Shown here one piece after another: positions 28,301-42,000 of a DNA stretch of 64,000 nucleotides; position 1 is the first letter of the stretch; each line of letters begins with the position of its first letter. A program made the position numbers and the translations under genes. Under the pieces are notes generated by a model. The model saw nothing but the letters and a program-made list of their open reading frames with translations. It was not told the origin of the DNA and ran no database searches. Origin of the DNA: Octopus sinensis (lineage: Eukaryota); NCBI RefSeq assembly GCF_006345805.1, contig NC_043015.1, positions 42,160,001-42,224,000 on the forward strand, in the 5' to 3' direction.

Positions 28301-31300
28301 CTCAGTGACTGGCATCCATGCTAGTGGAGCGCTAAGAGTACCATACAAGTGAGATTGTTGCCAGAGCAACAATCTACCCTTCATGCCAATGGCACGTTAA
28401 ACACACCATTCGAGTGTGATTGTTACTGCGTCGCCTTACTAGCACTTGTGCTGGTGGCACGTGAAAAAACAGCTGGACTGGCTCCTGTGCAGGTGGCACA
28501 TAAAAAGCACCATTTGGGCGTGGCCGTTACCAGCACCACCAAACTGGCCCTCGTGCTGATGGCACGTAAAAGCACCCACTACACACTCGGAGTGGTTGGC
28601 ATTAGGAAGGGCATCCAGCGGTAGAAACTCTAACAGATCAGATTGGAGTCTGGTTCGCCAGACCTCAGTCAAATCGTCCAACCCATGCTAGCATGGAAAA
28701 CGGACGTTAAATGATGATGATGATGATGATTTATAGTCAACCAAGACTGGCAGAATCTTCTATTTTAAATGCATCACTCTCATACACCTCTTGGGTTTGA
28801 AATGTCCATTTAGCACTTCATCTCATTGTCTTCATTTTCTTCTAGGCCATACACCCTGGCTATGGGTTCCTGTCTGAAAATGCTGAATTTGCTGAGCAAT
28901 GTGAAAGTGAAGGGGTTACATTCATTGGTCCACCAGCATCTGCTATCAGAGATATGGGTATTAAAAGGTAATGACAACACACACACACACATATCTTTAA
29001 TGAGAATAATATTGACAGTGACTTCAATTAATACTAATCAAGTTGACTGTATATCTTCAAAGTGTTCATTCCCCGGTAAAACCCCATGTATTTTGAACGC
29101 TTTCTCATGCTCTATCTGAGACATAAAGATTATTCAGGCAGAGTTGCCTCCCTTAGCTAAAAACCTCAAAATTGTGTGACCCAACTTTGTTTTTGAGATT
29201 ATTTTTGTAGTAAAAAAGAGTTGTGCAATAAACATACTTTATTTGGTAGCTGAAAAATTACTGAATCTTTTGATACCTCATATGTCAAAATTGGCAACTC
29301 AGTTTTCAAATCCATAAGGAACAAAAGACCACACACACACAAACTCTGTCTTATATCTCTATATATATAAACAGCAAAATGTCTGTCTGTGTGTGTGCGT
29401 GTCCTTTATACAAATCCACAATTTTTCAGTTAGAGGACTCGCACTTTCTATAGTTATTCAAGACCATCCAAGGGTGGTCGCATACATCTTTACATTTCCT
29501 CAGTCACCCAACAAAGCCATTAAAAAATCAGTGAAAGTGATTTTTTTGTGAATTTTCTATCCAAAACCCAATCAAAATGCCCAAAACTTGATACGCCAAT
29601 AGAATGCCAGCTAGCTGAATGTGATTGGTCAGAGATTTGGACAGTACTCGCGTATATGTGCGCACGCACGCAGCTGTATATGCATGCACTAGCACTATGA
29701 CCTGGCAACGCCGGGTCATAGTGCTAGTATATAGATAAAAACAAACATTAATGTGTGTGTGTCTATACACATATATAGATAGGTAAGGCGGTGAGTTGGC
29801 AGAAACGTTAGCACGCCGGGCGAAATGCTTAGCCGTATTCCGTCTGCTGTTACATTGTGAGTTCAAATTCTGCCGAGGTCGACTTTGCCTTTCATCCTTT
29901 CGGGGTCGATAAATTAAGTACCAGTTACACACTGGGATCGATGTAATCAACTTAATACCTATGTCTGTCCTTGTTTGTCCCCTCTGTGTTTAGCCCCTTG
30001 TGGGTAATAAAGAAATAGGTATATAAAGACACACAAAGGTGGCGAGTTTGCAGTCGTTTAAGAGTGTTGGAGTGATTATTATCATAATTAGATATCTCTT
30101 CAGTGAATGAAATCATTCTTTTCAACCAATTATCTTCTTTTCTCTCACATTTGATTCCAGTACTTCCAAGAACATCATGTCCAACGCTGGGGTTCCTATT
30201 ATCGAAGGTTATCACGGAGAAGAACAAAGTAACAGCAAACTGAAGGAAGAAGCAGAGAAAATTGGATTCCCTGTCATGATAAAAGCTGTAAGAGGGGGTG
30301 GCGGCAAGGTAACCAGTGCTTTTTCCTCTTGCTTCTTTCTCATCCTTTTTTTTTTTTTATTTCCACCTTGTAAAAATGAGGTTAGGAGTTCCAGTCCACT
30401 GTGTGATTGTTGTCGGCTAATAGTCTAGGATCTTTTTGGTTTGAATGGCAGTTTTTTCTAGCGGTGTCATATGAAATTGTCACCCATAATTATGACCCTA
30501 GTATCGATCTATTGCATTTCAATCTGTTTTAGGGTTAGGGGTGGGGGAAAGGGTATCTTTTTTTCTTCATAAATGTAAATAAACCCAATCTGTTTCTTAA
30601 ACGAGGGACATATTCATACAGCACAGAATGTTTTCACCTCAATAGACGTCATTGATTGGTTGAAATTGCCGAAATGCAAGAAATTAAAGACCAAATATCT
30701 TACAAACTATAGAATTTTCTCAATAAAGCCAAGAGAAAAAGATGTTTTATAAACACATTCTACCAGTATACGAAGTTTAAAATTTTTTAGTTACCTAGAA
30801 ATTATGTTAAAAACTGCCATTCAAACTTAAAAGATCCACATTCTATGCTATGGTTGCAGGTTGACCAAAACTGGAGAAATGTGTTGGAGTATGTGTATGT
30901 GATCATTGTCATTTTGACATCCACTTTTCCATGCATGCATGGGTTGGTTGGATTGTGTTGAGGTTGATTGTCCATGGCTGGATGCTCTTCCTGTTGCCAA
31001 CCCTCACCTATTTCCAAGCAAAGTAATATTCCTCAAAGTTAGCCTCTGTGTGTGTGTGTGTATGTACTTATATTCTTTTACTTGTTACAGTCATTTGGTT
31101 GCAGCCATGCTGGAGCACCACCTTTAGTTGAACAAATTGACCCCAAGACTTATTCTTTGTAGGCCTAGTACTTATTCTATCAGTCTCTTATGCTGAACCG
31201 CTAAGTTACGGGGACATAAACACACAAGCATCGGTTGTCAAGAAGGGAAGGAGGGACAAACACATACACACATCATCATCATCATCGTTGTTTAGCATCC

Positions 31301-34300
31301 GCTTTCCATGCAGGCATGTGTTAGACGGTGCAACTGGGGTCTAGGAAGCCAGAAGGCTGCATCAGGCCCAGTCTGATCTGGCAATGTTTCTACGGCTAGA
31401 TGCCTTTCCTAACGCCAACCACTCTGTGAGTGTAGTGGGTGCCAGGCGAGGCTGGCAATGGCCACGATCGGATGGTGCTTTTTACATGCCACCGGCACGG
31501 AAGCCAGTCGGGGCGTCGCTGGCATGGCCACGTTCGGATGGTTCTGGCACGGCCACAGGCTTCTTTCAGTTTCTATCTGCCAAATCCCCTCACATGACAT
31601 GGGTCAGTTTGAGGCTATAGTAGAAGACAATTGCCCAAGGTGCTACGCAGTGGGACTGAACCTGGAACCATGTGGTTGGGAAGCAAGCTTCTTACCACAC
31701 AGCCACGCGTGCACCTGTGTATAAATGTATTTGTGATTGTGTGTATGTTTGTGTCGCCTTGTTTTGACATCATGTGATAGTTGTAAATGAATGTCACAGC
31801 CATCAGGTTGTGGTACAAAGGAGTTTATGTTGGCTTAGGTCTTTGTTAAGTTAGAATATCCTAAGGTCAAATGAGTTTTGTTGAATGATACCAGTGCCGG
31901 TGGCACATAAGAGATCCATCCGAACGTGGCTGTTGCCAGCGCCGCCCCGACTGGCCTCCGTGCCGGTGGCACGTAAAAAGCACCATCCGATCGTGACTGT
32001 TTGCCAGCCTCGCCTGGCCTCCATGCCGGTGGTACATAAAAAGCACCATCCGATCATGGCTGTTTGCCAGCCTCGTCTGGCACGTAAAAAGCACCCACCA
32101 CACTCATGGAGTGGTTGGCGTTAGGAAGGGCATTCAGCCGTAGAAACATTGCCAAATCAGACTGGGCTGGCTTCCCAGACCCCAGTTGAACCGTCCAACC
32201 CATGCCAGCATGGAAAGTGGACACTAAACGATGATGATGATGATGATGATGATGATCAGGTTTGAATGGCAAGGTGTTATGGAGAATTTTTAATTGATTA
32301 CATTTGTTTATTGAATTTCTAGGCAACGTCTACATCCATTCTATCTTTACACTCAAGCAGTTCTGCTTTGATCTATCGTTATCTTTTACTCTTCAACAGG
32401 GCATGAGAATAGCAGAAACTGCAGCAGATTTTGAAGAACAGCTGGAATCTGCTCGAAGAGAAGCCATGAAGTCTTTTGCAGATGATGTCATGCTTATGGA
32501 GAAATACATTATAAATCCAAGGTGTGTGTCTTCAACATTCTAGAACAGGGCTGGCCAACCTGAGGCCCACTCAGTACTTTCTTGAAATGGGTCTGTTTAA
32601 ACAAACATTTTAAAAATTTTATCAGAAATTAAAGATTGTAATGAAAATTAAAGAAGAAAGATGCTGCTGTTTTTGCAGTGATAATATTTCGAGTTGAATT
32701 GACGAGCATTCATTCATTTTTGGGATCTTGACCTTTTGACCTTCAGATTTAAAAAATAATTTTTTGTAACTAAACACTTTCAAACTTCGGACACTGGTAG
32801 CATTTTTGAGAAAAACTTATATTTACAAAGTAATTTCACGTTAAAGTTGTCGTATTTCGGTAATTTCAACCAATCAATGACGTGTATTCAGCTGAATAAA
32901 ATTACTGCCGTTGTTTGTCAACAACAACTATCAGCTGTGTATTTTTCGTTTGTCACTGTTATTTATGACATCGTTTGTGCGTTTGTACTGGTTTTAGATT
33001 TAAGGTTTTAGGGTTAGGGTTAAGATTGTCATAAATAACAGTGACAAGTAGAATATTTGGGCCGGCTAGGGCCACTTTGAATACTGCTCTGACTGTCTTC
33101 CATCTCATTCACTTGCAGACATGTGGAAGTCCAGGTGTTTGGCGACAAACATGGCAACTACGTCTATTTATTTGAGAGAGATTGCAGCGTCCAGCGACGA
33201 CACCAGAAAATTATTGAAGAAGCTCCTGCTGTAAGTATTGTATATCTGTTTTCTTATATTTTTCTATTATATTTAAAATTTATATTTATATTTAGAGAAT
33301 GTTGCCCTGGATATTTAACCCCCCACCCCACCCCCACCCAGGTCAGTTCTGATTCAGCAGAGCTATGACCAAAGATATTCTAGCTGTGATCATTCCTCAT
33401 CATCATCACACCCTCTAATCCATGCTAGGTTGTTTGTTGTTTGATAGGCCATGAGATTATTATTTTGCTTGGAAACAAGAGAGGTGTTGGGGATAAGAAG
33501 GGTATTTGGTCATAAGAAAAAAATTCTGCCACATGCAAGCATGGAAAGGGCAAGAGTAAAGACTCCCTTCAGTCACGAATGACCATGGGATTGCACCTAG
33601 AAAGTTCTCCACTGAGGCACAAGTTGGTTTTGGGGATTTAGTAGAAGGCACTTGTCCAAACTACCACACTGGGACTGAACTCAAAATTATCATCAAAGAA
33701 TTAATTATTATTTTCTTTTATATTTTTTTATTAGTATTTTATTATTCCTTTTAATTTTTATATGTAAGTAACCTTAATTGTATGTTTTTTTTAAAATTTA
33801 ATATTAATTTTTGTCACCTTTACCTTTATATTTCGTTTTTCTGTTTTGGTAAATAAAGCCAGGTGTGTCTGATGAAGTAAGAAGGTCATTAGGAGAAGCT
33901 GCTGTGAAGGCTGCTAAGGCTGTTAATTATGTCGGAGCAGGTATGTAATTTACACACCTAGAAAACAAAATGCATTCTCACTTCACACACCTGGAACAGT
34001 ATCCAGGTATGTATTGAGAGAAATACTAAATTGAAAGCTGGGGTCCAAAACAATATTCTACGGAAACTCGTCAACTGTAAAATGGGGATTCACAATGCAC
34101 ACCTTAAGTTCTGTTGCTCTGGCCTTGGGGGAAATCAACTCCTGCCTCAAAGCATGATCCAGTGTTGAACAACACCTGCCCACTGGTCACTGGTTGCCGG
34201 AAACCCACCAACACAAGGAATCTGCACCTCCTCTTTGGCATTGCCCCTGCTTAAATCAGATGGACAGTGGCCAGTATAGTTAAGATGACCAAGGCTGCCA

Positions 34301-37300
34301 GTGATGAATATCATCTCTTCCATAGATGTCAGTCTTCTGACCAATGACCGCAGTCAAGAAGCAGCTTCCTCAACCTTGTCTAGCCCCTAACTATCTCAGG
34401 AAGACGGCGAGCTGGAAAAAACCGTTAGCACACCGGGTGAAATGCATAGCCATATTTCGTCTGGCGTTACGTTCTGAGTTCAAATTCCGCCGAGGTCGAC
34501 TTTGCCTTTCATCCTTTCGGGGTCGATAAATTAAGTACCAGTTAAACACTGGGGCCGATGTAATCGACTTAATTTGTTTGTCCCCACTATGTTTAGCCCC
34601 TTCTGGGTAATAAAGAAATAGGTATTTTGTCTGCCGTTACGTTCTGAGTTCAAATTCCACCGAGGTCGACTTTGCCTTTCATCCTTTCGGGGTCGATAAA
34701 TTAAGTACCAGTTAAACACTGGAGCCGATGTAATCGACTTAATTCGTTTGTCTGTCCTTGTTTGTCCCCTCTGTGTTTAGCCCTTTGTAGGTAGTAAAGA
34801 AACATAACTATCTCAGGAAGAAACCAGACTCCAGGCCATCCTATGGGGGCACTGCCTTGTCTGTTCTCTACCTAGAACCACATAGTTAGGAAACAAAGCT
34901 TCTTCGCCACACTGTATGCATTATCAGGTACATAAGTACATATACTGAGTCATTGAGATTGTGGTACCTTGACTAAGGAATCAGAATGGTTCTGGGATAG
35001 AATTAGATTTTCTGATCTTTTAGTCAGAAAGTCAGTCTTATCAAATCAACTGTGGCCTAGTACTTGTTTATTTATTCTTTGTTTTTCTCTTCATTTGTTA
35101 TGTATTTATTTTGCCTTGTTATGTATTATTATTTTTCTTAATTATCTAATGTGTTTTGTTTGTGATTTTTGTTCGTTCCCCACCCCACCCCCATCATCAG
35201 GCACTGTGGAGTTTGTAATGGATGAGAACTTCAACTTCTATTTCATGGAAATGAACACCCGACTACAGGTGGAACACCCCATTACTGAGATGATCACCAA
35301 CACTGACCTCGTTGAATGGCAGATAAAGGTCAGTTGGCATTTACCATTATCACCATCGTCCTCCCCCTTTCTCATCATCAACACTATTATTACCATCATC
35401 ATCATTACCTATTTCTTTACTACCCACAAGGGGCTAAACACAGAGAGGACAGACAAACAGATTAAGTCAATTATATCGACCCCAGTGCGTAACTGGTACT
35501 TATTTAAAGGCAACGAGCTGGCAGAAACGTTAGCACACCGGGCAAAATGCCTAGCGGTATTTCGTCTGCTGTTACGTTGTGAGTTCAAATTCCGCCGAGG
35601 TCGACTTTGCCTTTCATCCTTTCGGGGTCAATAAATTAAGTACCAGTTACGCACTAGGGTCGATGTAATCGACTTAATCCGTTTGTCTGTCTTTGTTTGT
35701 CCCCTCTGTGTTTAACCCCTTGTGGGTAGTAAAGAAATAGGTACTTATTTAATCGACCTCGAAAGGATGAAAAGCCAAGTCGACCTTGGTAGAATTTGAA
35801 CTCAGAACATAACGGCAGACGGAATACAGCTACGCATTTCGTCCGGCGTGCTAACGTTTCTGCCAACTTGCCGCCTTATATCATCATCATCACCATAGTC
35901 TATCGTCATAATCATCGTCATTATCATCATCACCATCATCATCATCTTGCAGTCATGTCGAGGACATGACAAACCCCTGGTGTTGGTTCCACTACAAAAT
36001 GCACTCAATACAGAACCCAGACTACAAAAAGAACTGCACAAGCAAGAGATGGCTTCCTGGCCTGTCTTGGAGATCAGAGTAGCTCCCAGCAAGAGTCTGA
36101 CCTATGTTGAGGGGACAAACACAGACACACAAACATATTCATATTTATTTATGTGCCACCTGCACAGGTGCCGGTCCAGCAGCACTGACAACAACCTCGC
36201 TCAAATGTTTTTTTCACAAGTTTTAGTAAAGTGACGCAGGTAACAATCACGCTCAAAAGGTGTTTTTAACGTGCTATCAGCAAGGAGGCCAGCTTGTTGC
36301 TCTGGCAACGATCTCACTTGAATGGTACCAGTCATCAAATTTGATCTCGCCAACCCTACCTGGCTGGCGCCTGCCCAAGCACAGCTAAATTACGCCACAG
36401 CGATAAAATAGTTCTGGTATGTCTCACTACACATTAAAATGACAATGATGATGATGTTGATGATGTCCCTCTCTTTCTCTATCTTCTTCCTCAGGTAGCA
36501 AGTGGGCAGCAACTACCTTTGACTCAGAAAGACCTTGTTTTAAAGGGTCATGCATTCGAAGCTAGAATTTATGCTGAAGACCCAAACAACAATTTCATGC
36601 CTGGGGCCGGTTCTCTTGATTATCTGTCTCCACCACAGACCAGCACCTCTACTAGAGTTGAAACCGGTGTCAGACAAGGTGAGATTCTACTACTACTGCT
36701 ACTGCTGCTGCTGCTGAGGCTTTTTTTGTTTTTGTTGTTGATTTTGTTGTTCCCATGTGAACTCTGATTTCAGCAGACTTATTATAATCACATGCATTGA
36801 TTATAATATGGAGTATTCTTGCTCCATATTTATCCCCACTTAAACATGGATGTTCTATTAGAACAAGCTATACTGCAGTAGATGGCATGAGAGATAGTCT
36901 CATATTGGCTTTCGGTGCAAAATTCTCTCTTAGCTTCTCATATGAGAGTTTCTCTCTTGGTATCTACTGCAGTATAGTTTGTTCTAACAGAACATCTGTG
37001 TTTAATTGGAGATAAATATTACTTCTAGGTATTAAAACTGCCTCTGTCGTTAATAAATATTTTTTAATGAGCTCACTGGCTAATCATGTCGCCAGCACAT
37101 GTTCAGGCATTGTTTTTCAGGCATTGGTAGAAAGATGAGCTACTGGATGCACATGGCCTAGTGGTTAGAGCAGCGGACTCGCGGTCAAGGGATCGCGGGT
37201 TTGAATCTCAGACCAGGCGATGTGTGTGTTTATGAGCGAAACAGCTAAGCTCCACACGGCTCTGACAGAAGGTAATGGCGAACTTCTGCTGACTCTTTCA

Positions 37301-38645
37301 CCACAACTTTCTCTCACTCTTTCCTCCTGCATCTTGCAGCTCACCTGCGACGGACCGGCGTCCTGTCCAGGTGGGGAACCTATACACCAAAGAAACCGGG
37401 AAACCGGCCCTTATGAGCCAGGCGTGGCTCAAGAAGGAACAAACAACAAGATGAGCCACTGTGATCACTATCAGTTGAGTGTCAATCATTGATAAGACCA
37501 AACAAGGTTGTATTGTTGTGATCTTGGTGGTCTGGGTGCCGGAGATGGCAGGGACCCTCCTGCAAGTGCTATAAACAAACATAGATTTTGCACCAAAAGC
37601 TAATATGATAGTTTCTCTCACGGGATGAACTACAGTAAATATTGACTCTTGGTATTTATACTGCTTCTGTTGCTAAGATACACGATAGGGTGCTGAAAAG
37701 TTCCTGGCCTTATGGGTATCACAAAAAGCTTGGTTGGAGGCCCAATCTTCCAAGTACTTTTACAGGGCCTAGAAAAACTGAAGGGTTCTTTTACAGGGCT
37801 TAGAAAAACTGAAGGAACGCTACGATAAGTGTATGAACCTGAGAGTAGAATATGAATGAATTCCAATATTTTAAATCAGGTTTGTCCCCATTAACAGGGG
37901 TGGCTGGATCTACCTCACTCTTACAACAACCGCTCTCAGACCATCTTGCCATCACACCCGGTTTTTGGGCATCCTCCCTCCTCAAGCCAGCCCTCCCAAT
38001 ATGGTAAATAAAATCCTAATTAACTAATCCTCCTTTATTTTCTTTTATTCAAAACCAAGAACTTTTCAGCACCCACTCCTATCTTGTTCCATAAGTCCCT
38101 GTTTAGTTATGATTTAATTAGAATAAATTGATGAATTGTTCACATAATTAACATGTCTCCTTAAAACTAAAAGCTTCTCAAAGTCTTCCTTAATTTATAT
38201 CAAAGCCTTTTATTATTTCCATGACCAGGTGATGAGGTCTCTGTTCACTATGACCCTATGATTGCCAAGCTGGTTGTATGGTCCGACAGCCGGGACTCAG
38301 CCCTGAAGCAAATCCAAGCTAACCTTCTCGACTACCATGTAAGTCTCATCAGATAGAGATTGTCGTATGAGAGATTCTGAGTGTTTTGTAATCCTCTCAC
38401 ATAGACACACGGGGTGTTCAAATGCTTGTTCAACTCACATCTACATATACATTTGGCTGATGCACAAAAGTGAGGAGTGTGTGTGGGTGTTTGTGCAGAG
38501 GTGTGCATGAATGGAAGTATGTTTGTGTGCATGTATGTATGTGTATGTATATGTGTATATATATATATATACACACATATATATATACACACATATACAC
38601 GTGTATATATATATATATAGATATATATATATATACACATATGTA

Positions 38646-38688
<43 letters not shown>

Positions 38689-38689
38689 T

Positions 38690-38728
<39 letters not shown>

Positions 38729-38739
38729 TATATATATAT

Positions 38740-38795
<56 letters not shown>

Positions 38796-38999
38796 ACAAA
38801 GTGGAGTTGTAGGGTACCGCACAAGTGGAATTATATACGAAAAAAGGTTTGAAAATGCAATTTCAAAAGATGTTTATTTACTTTACCAATTTCACTCTTT
38901 GGAAAAAGATTGTCAAAAGTAACATGTAAAAGTTTGGTTGCGTTAATTATTGGTGGTTATAAATTGCTACATTACATATATACAGTGTTTGGTAACCAG

Positions 39000-39030
<31 letters not shown>

Positions 39031-42000
39031 TACACGTCTGAGAAGACGCATCAAGCCAATTAAAATCGTAGTCCTGGCCCATGCTGGTGACAGGTAAAAG
39101 GCACCCATTACACCCTTTCAATTATTAGCATTAGGAAGGGCATCCAATCATAAAAACCAAGACAAACCAGTCATCAAAATCAAGCCTGGTACAGCTCTCC
39201 GGCTTACCAGTTCCAGTGAATAGGTCTAACCCATGCCAGCATGGAAAACAGATGCTAAATGATGAGGATGATGATGATGATATATACATCTATACCCAAG
39301 CTAACTCAACTATACTTAGGCAAAATATGAAAGAATGTCTTATGTCTTTATCTTTTAAAATTAATTCTTAAAAACTTAAAATTTTTTTTTAAAGTTCTAC
39401 TTTTAGTTTTTTGTTTCTTTGTTTTTTTTATTTTATTTTCTGCATTCCAAGTCAAAGAAAAATCATTTTTAAAAAAAATGTTTCTCTTCCTTTTTTTTTT
39501 TCTTGGAAATTCCATCAGATTGTTGGTCTCTCCACAAACATAGATTTCCTCGTGAATCTTTGCAAACACGAAGAATTCAAAAAGGGCAATGTAAACACCA
39601 ACTTCATCCCAGCACACTACGCCCAGTTGTTCCCATCAGACAAACTTTCACCAAATCTCCTTTGCCAGGCAGCTGTGGCATTAATCCTGCACGAACAGGA
39701 ACAAACCCTCAAGATGTCAGCACAGTCTTTTGGTACGTATGCAAATTTTCAGTGTGAGTGTGGTGAGCACGTCATCATTGTCATCACCATCACCATCATC
39801 ATCACCATCATCATCATACATTAATTTTTTGAACCTAGCATAGGTTGGACAGGTCTACCCTCACCACAGTGCTTTACCATATCCCCCTCAGTTTTCCTCT
39901 TCTGCATAATTCCTTCACTTAGAATGCCTCTCTCTCTTACTCTCTCTCACACACACACACACAAGCATTCATATGATGGCTGCCCCCTCGTTATCGAGTA
40001 TGGCCATTGCACGAAGCTTAACTGTTATTGGTGCTGTGATCGAATGTGACTTTTTAGCCCAGCATTCATACATACATACATACATACCAGAGACAAAGAA
40101 CGTGGCCGATGCCAGTGCCGCTTTGACTGGCTTCCGTGCCGGTGGCACATAAAATGCACCAATCCAATCGTGGCCGTTGCCAGCTTCCCCTGGCACGTAA
40201 AAAGCACCCACTACACTCACGGAGTGGTTGGCGTTAGGAAGGGCATCCAGCTGTAGAAACACTGCCAGATCAGACTGGAGCCTGGTACAGCCTCCTGACT
40301 TCCCAGACCCCCGGTCGATCCGTCTAACCCATGCCAGTATGGAAAACGGACGTTAAACGATGATGATGAAAGAGTCTATGTATGCTGCTCATGAACTGCA
40401 TGCCTTACTATATTTCCACGATCAGTAATTCATTTCTGTAATATATAATTGATTCTTGATATTTCCCTGCTGGCCTTTCAGTGGTGTTGATAAGTAGCCA
40501 ACAGAAACATAGAAAAGGGAAGGCAAATTTTTTACTGCTTCCTTTCAGTCATAGTAAGAGCAGAGATGTTACTTTCTTTGTATTCTATTATTTTCGAGAA
40601 CGAAATGAGCGGTCAACAAAGAAAAAGAGAGAAAGCAAATATTTTACTGCTTTCCTTTTGCCCGTGTGAAGTTGACAACAGAAAGCAAATTTTATACTGC
40701 ATGCTTTTCAGACACCACTGCTGTTGCTCTGATTCAGAGGCAAGCAGTATAAAATTTGCATTCTTTTGACAACTTAGCATGGCCAAAAGGCATGCAGTAT
40801 AAAATTTGCATTCTTTTGACATCTTAACATGGCCAAAAGGCATGCAGTATAAAATTTGCATTCTTTTGACAACTTAGCATGGCCAAAAGGCATGCAGTAT
40901 AAAATTTGCATTCTTTTGACATCTTAACATGGCCAAAAGGCATGCAGTATAAAATTTGCATTCTTTTGACAACTTAGCATGGCCAAAAGGCATGCAGTAT
41001 AAAATTTGCATTCTTTTGACATCTTAACATGGCCAAAAGGCATGCAGTATAAAATTTGCATTCTTTTGACAACTTAGCATGGCCAAAAGGCATGCAGTAT
41101 AAAATTTGCATTCTTTTGACATCTTAACATGGCCAAAAGGCATGCAGTATAAAATTTGCATTCTTTTGACAACTTAGCATGGCCAAAAGGCATGCAGTAT
41201 AAAATTTGCATTCTTTTGACATCTTAACATGGCCAAAAGGCATGCAGTATAAAATTTGCATTCTTTTGACAACTTAGCATGGCCAAAAGGCATGCAGTAT
41301 AAAATTTGCATTCTTTTGACATCTTAACATGGCCAAAAGGCATGCAGTATAAAATTTGCATTCTTTTGACAACTTAGCATGGCCAAAAGGCATGCAGTAT
41401 AAAATTTGCATTCTTTTGATAACTTAGCATGGCCAAAAGGCATGCAGTATAAAATTTGCATTCTTTTGACATCTTAACATGGCCAAAAGGCATGCAGTAT
41501 AAAATTTGCATTCTTTTGATAACTTAGCATGGCCAAAAGGCATGCAGTATAAAATTTGCATTCTTTTGACATCTTAACATGGCCAAAAGGCATGCAGTAT
41601 AAAATTTGCATTCTTTTGATAACTTAGCATGGCCAAAAGGCATGCAGTATAAAATTTGCATTCTTTTGATAACTTAGCATGGCCAAAAGGCATGCAGTAT
41701 AAATTTGCATTCTTTTGACAACTTAGCATGGCCAAAGGCATGCAGTATAAAATTTGCATTCTTTTGACAACTTAGCATGGCCAAAAGGCATGCAGTATAA
41801 AATTTGCATTCTTTTGATAACTTAGCATGGCCAAAAGGCATGCAGTATAAAATTGCATTCTTTTCACAACTTAGCATGGCCAAAAGGCATGCAGTATAAA
41901 ATTTGCATTCTTTTGATAACTTAGCATGGCCAAAAGGCATGCAGTATAAAATTTGCATTCTTTTGACAACTTAGCATGGCCAAAAGGCATGCAGTATAAA

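Noticed and set aside
30529-30540. TTAGGG repeats (also 33008-33022)
   Set aside because: Only two units, inside MITE-like elements; not an interstitial telomere.
32544-33098. Possible hAT-type MITE
   Set aside because: One end resembles cagggctggccaac, but a matching opposite TIR and 8-bp TSD could not be confirmed.
37146-37225. Possible tRNA gene (also 27062-27125 and the family A/B heads)
   Set aside because: Acceptor stems do not close and each continues into a SINE body; these are tRNA-derived heads.
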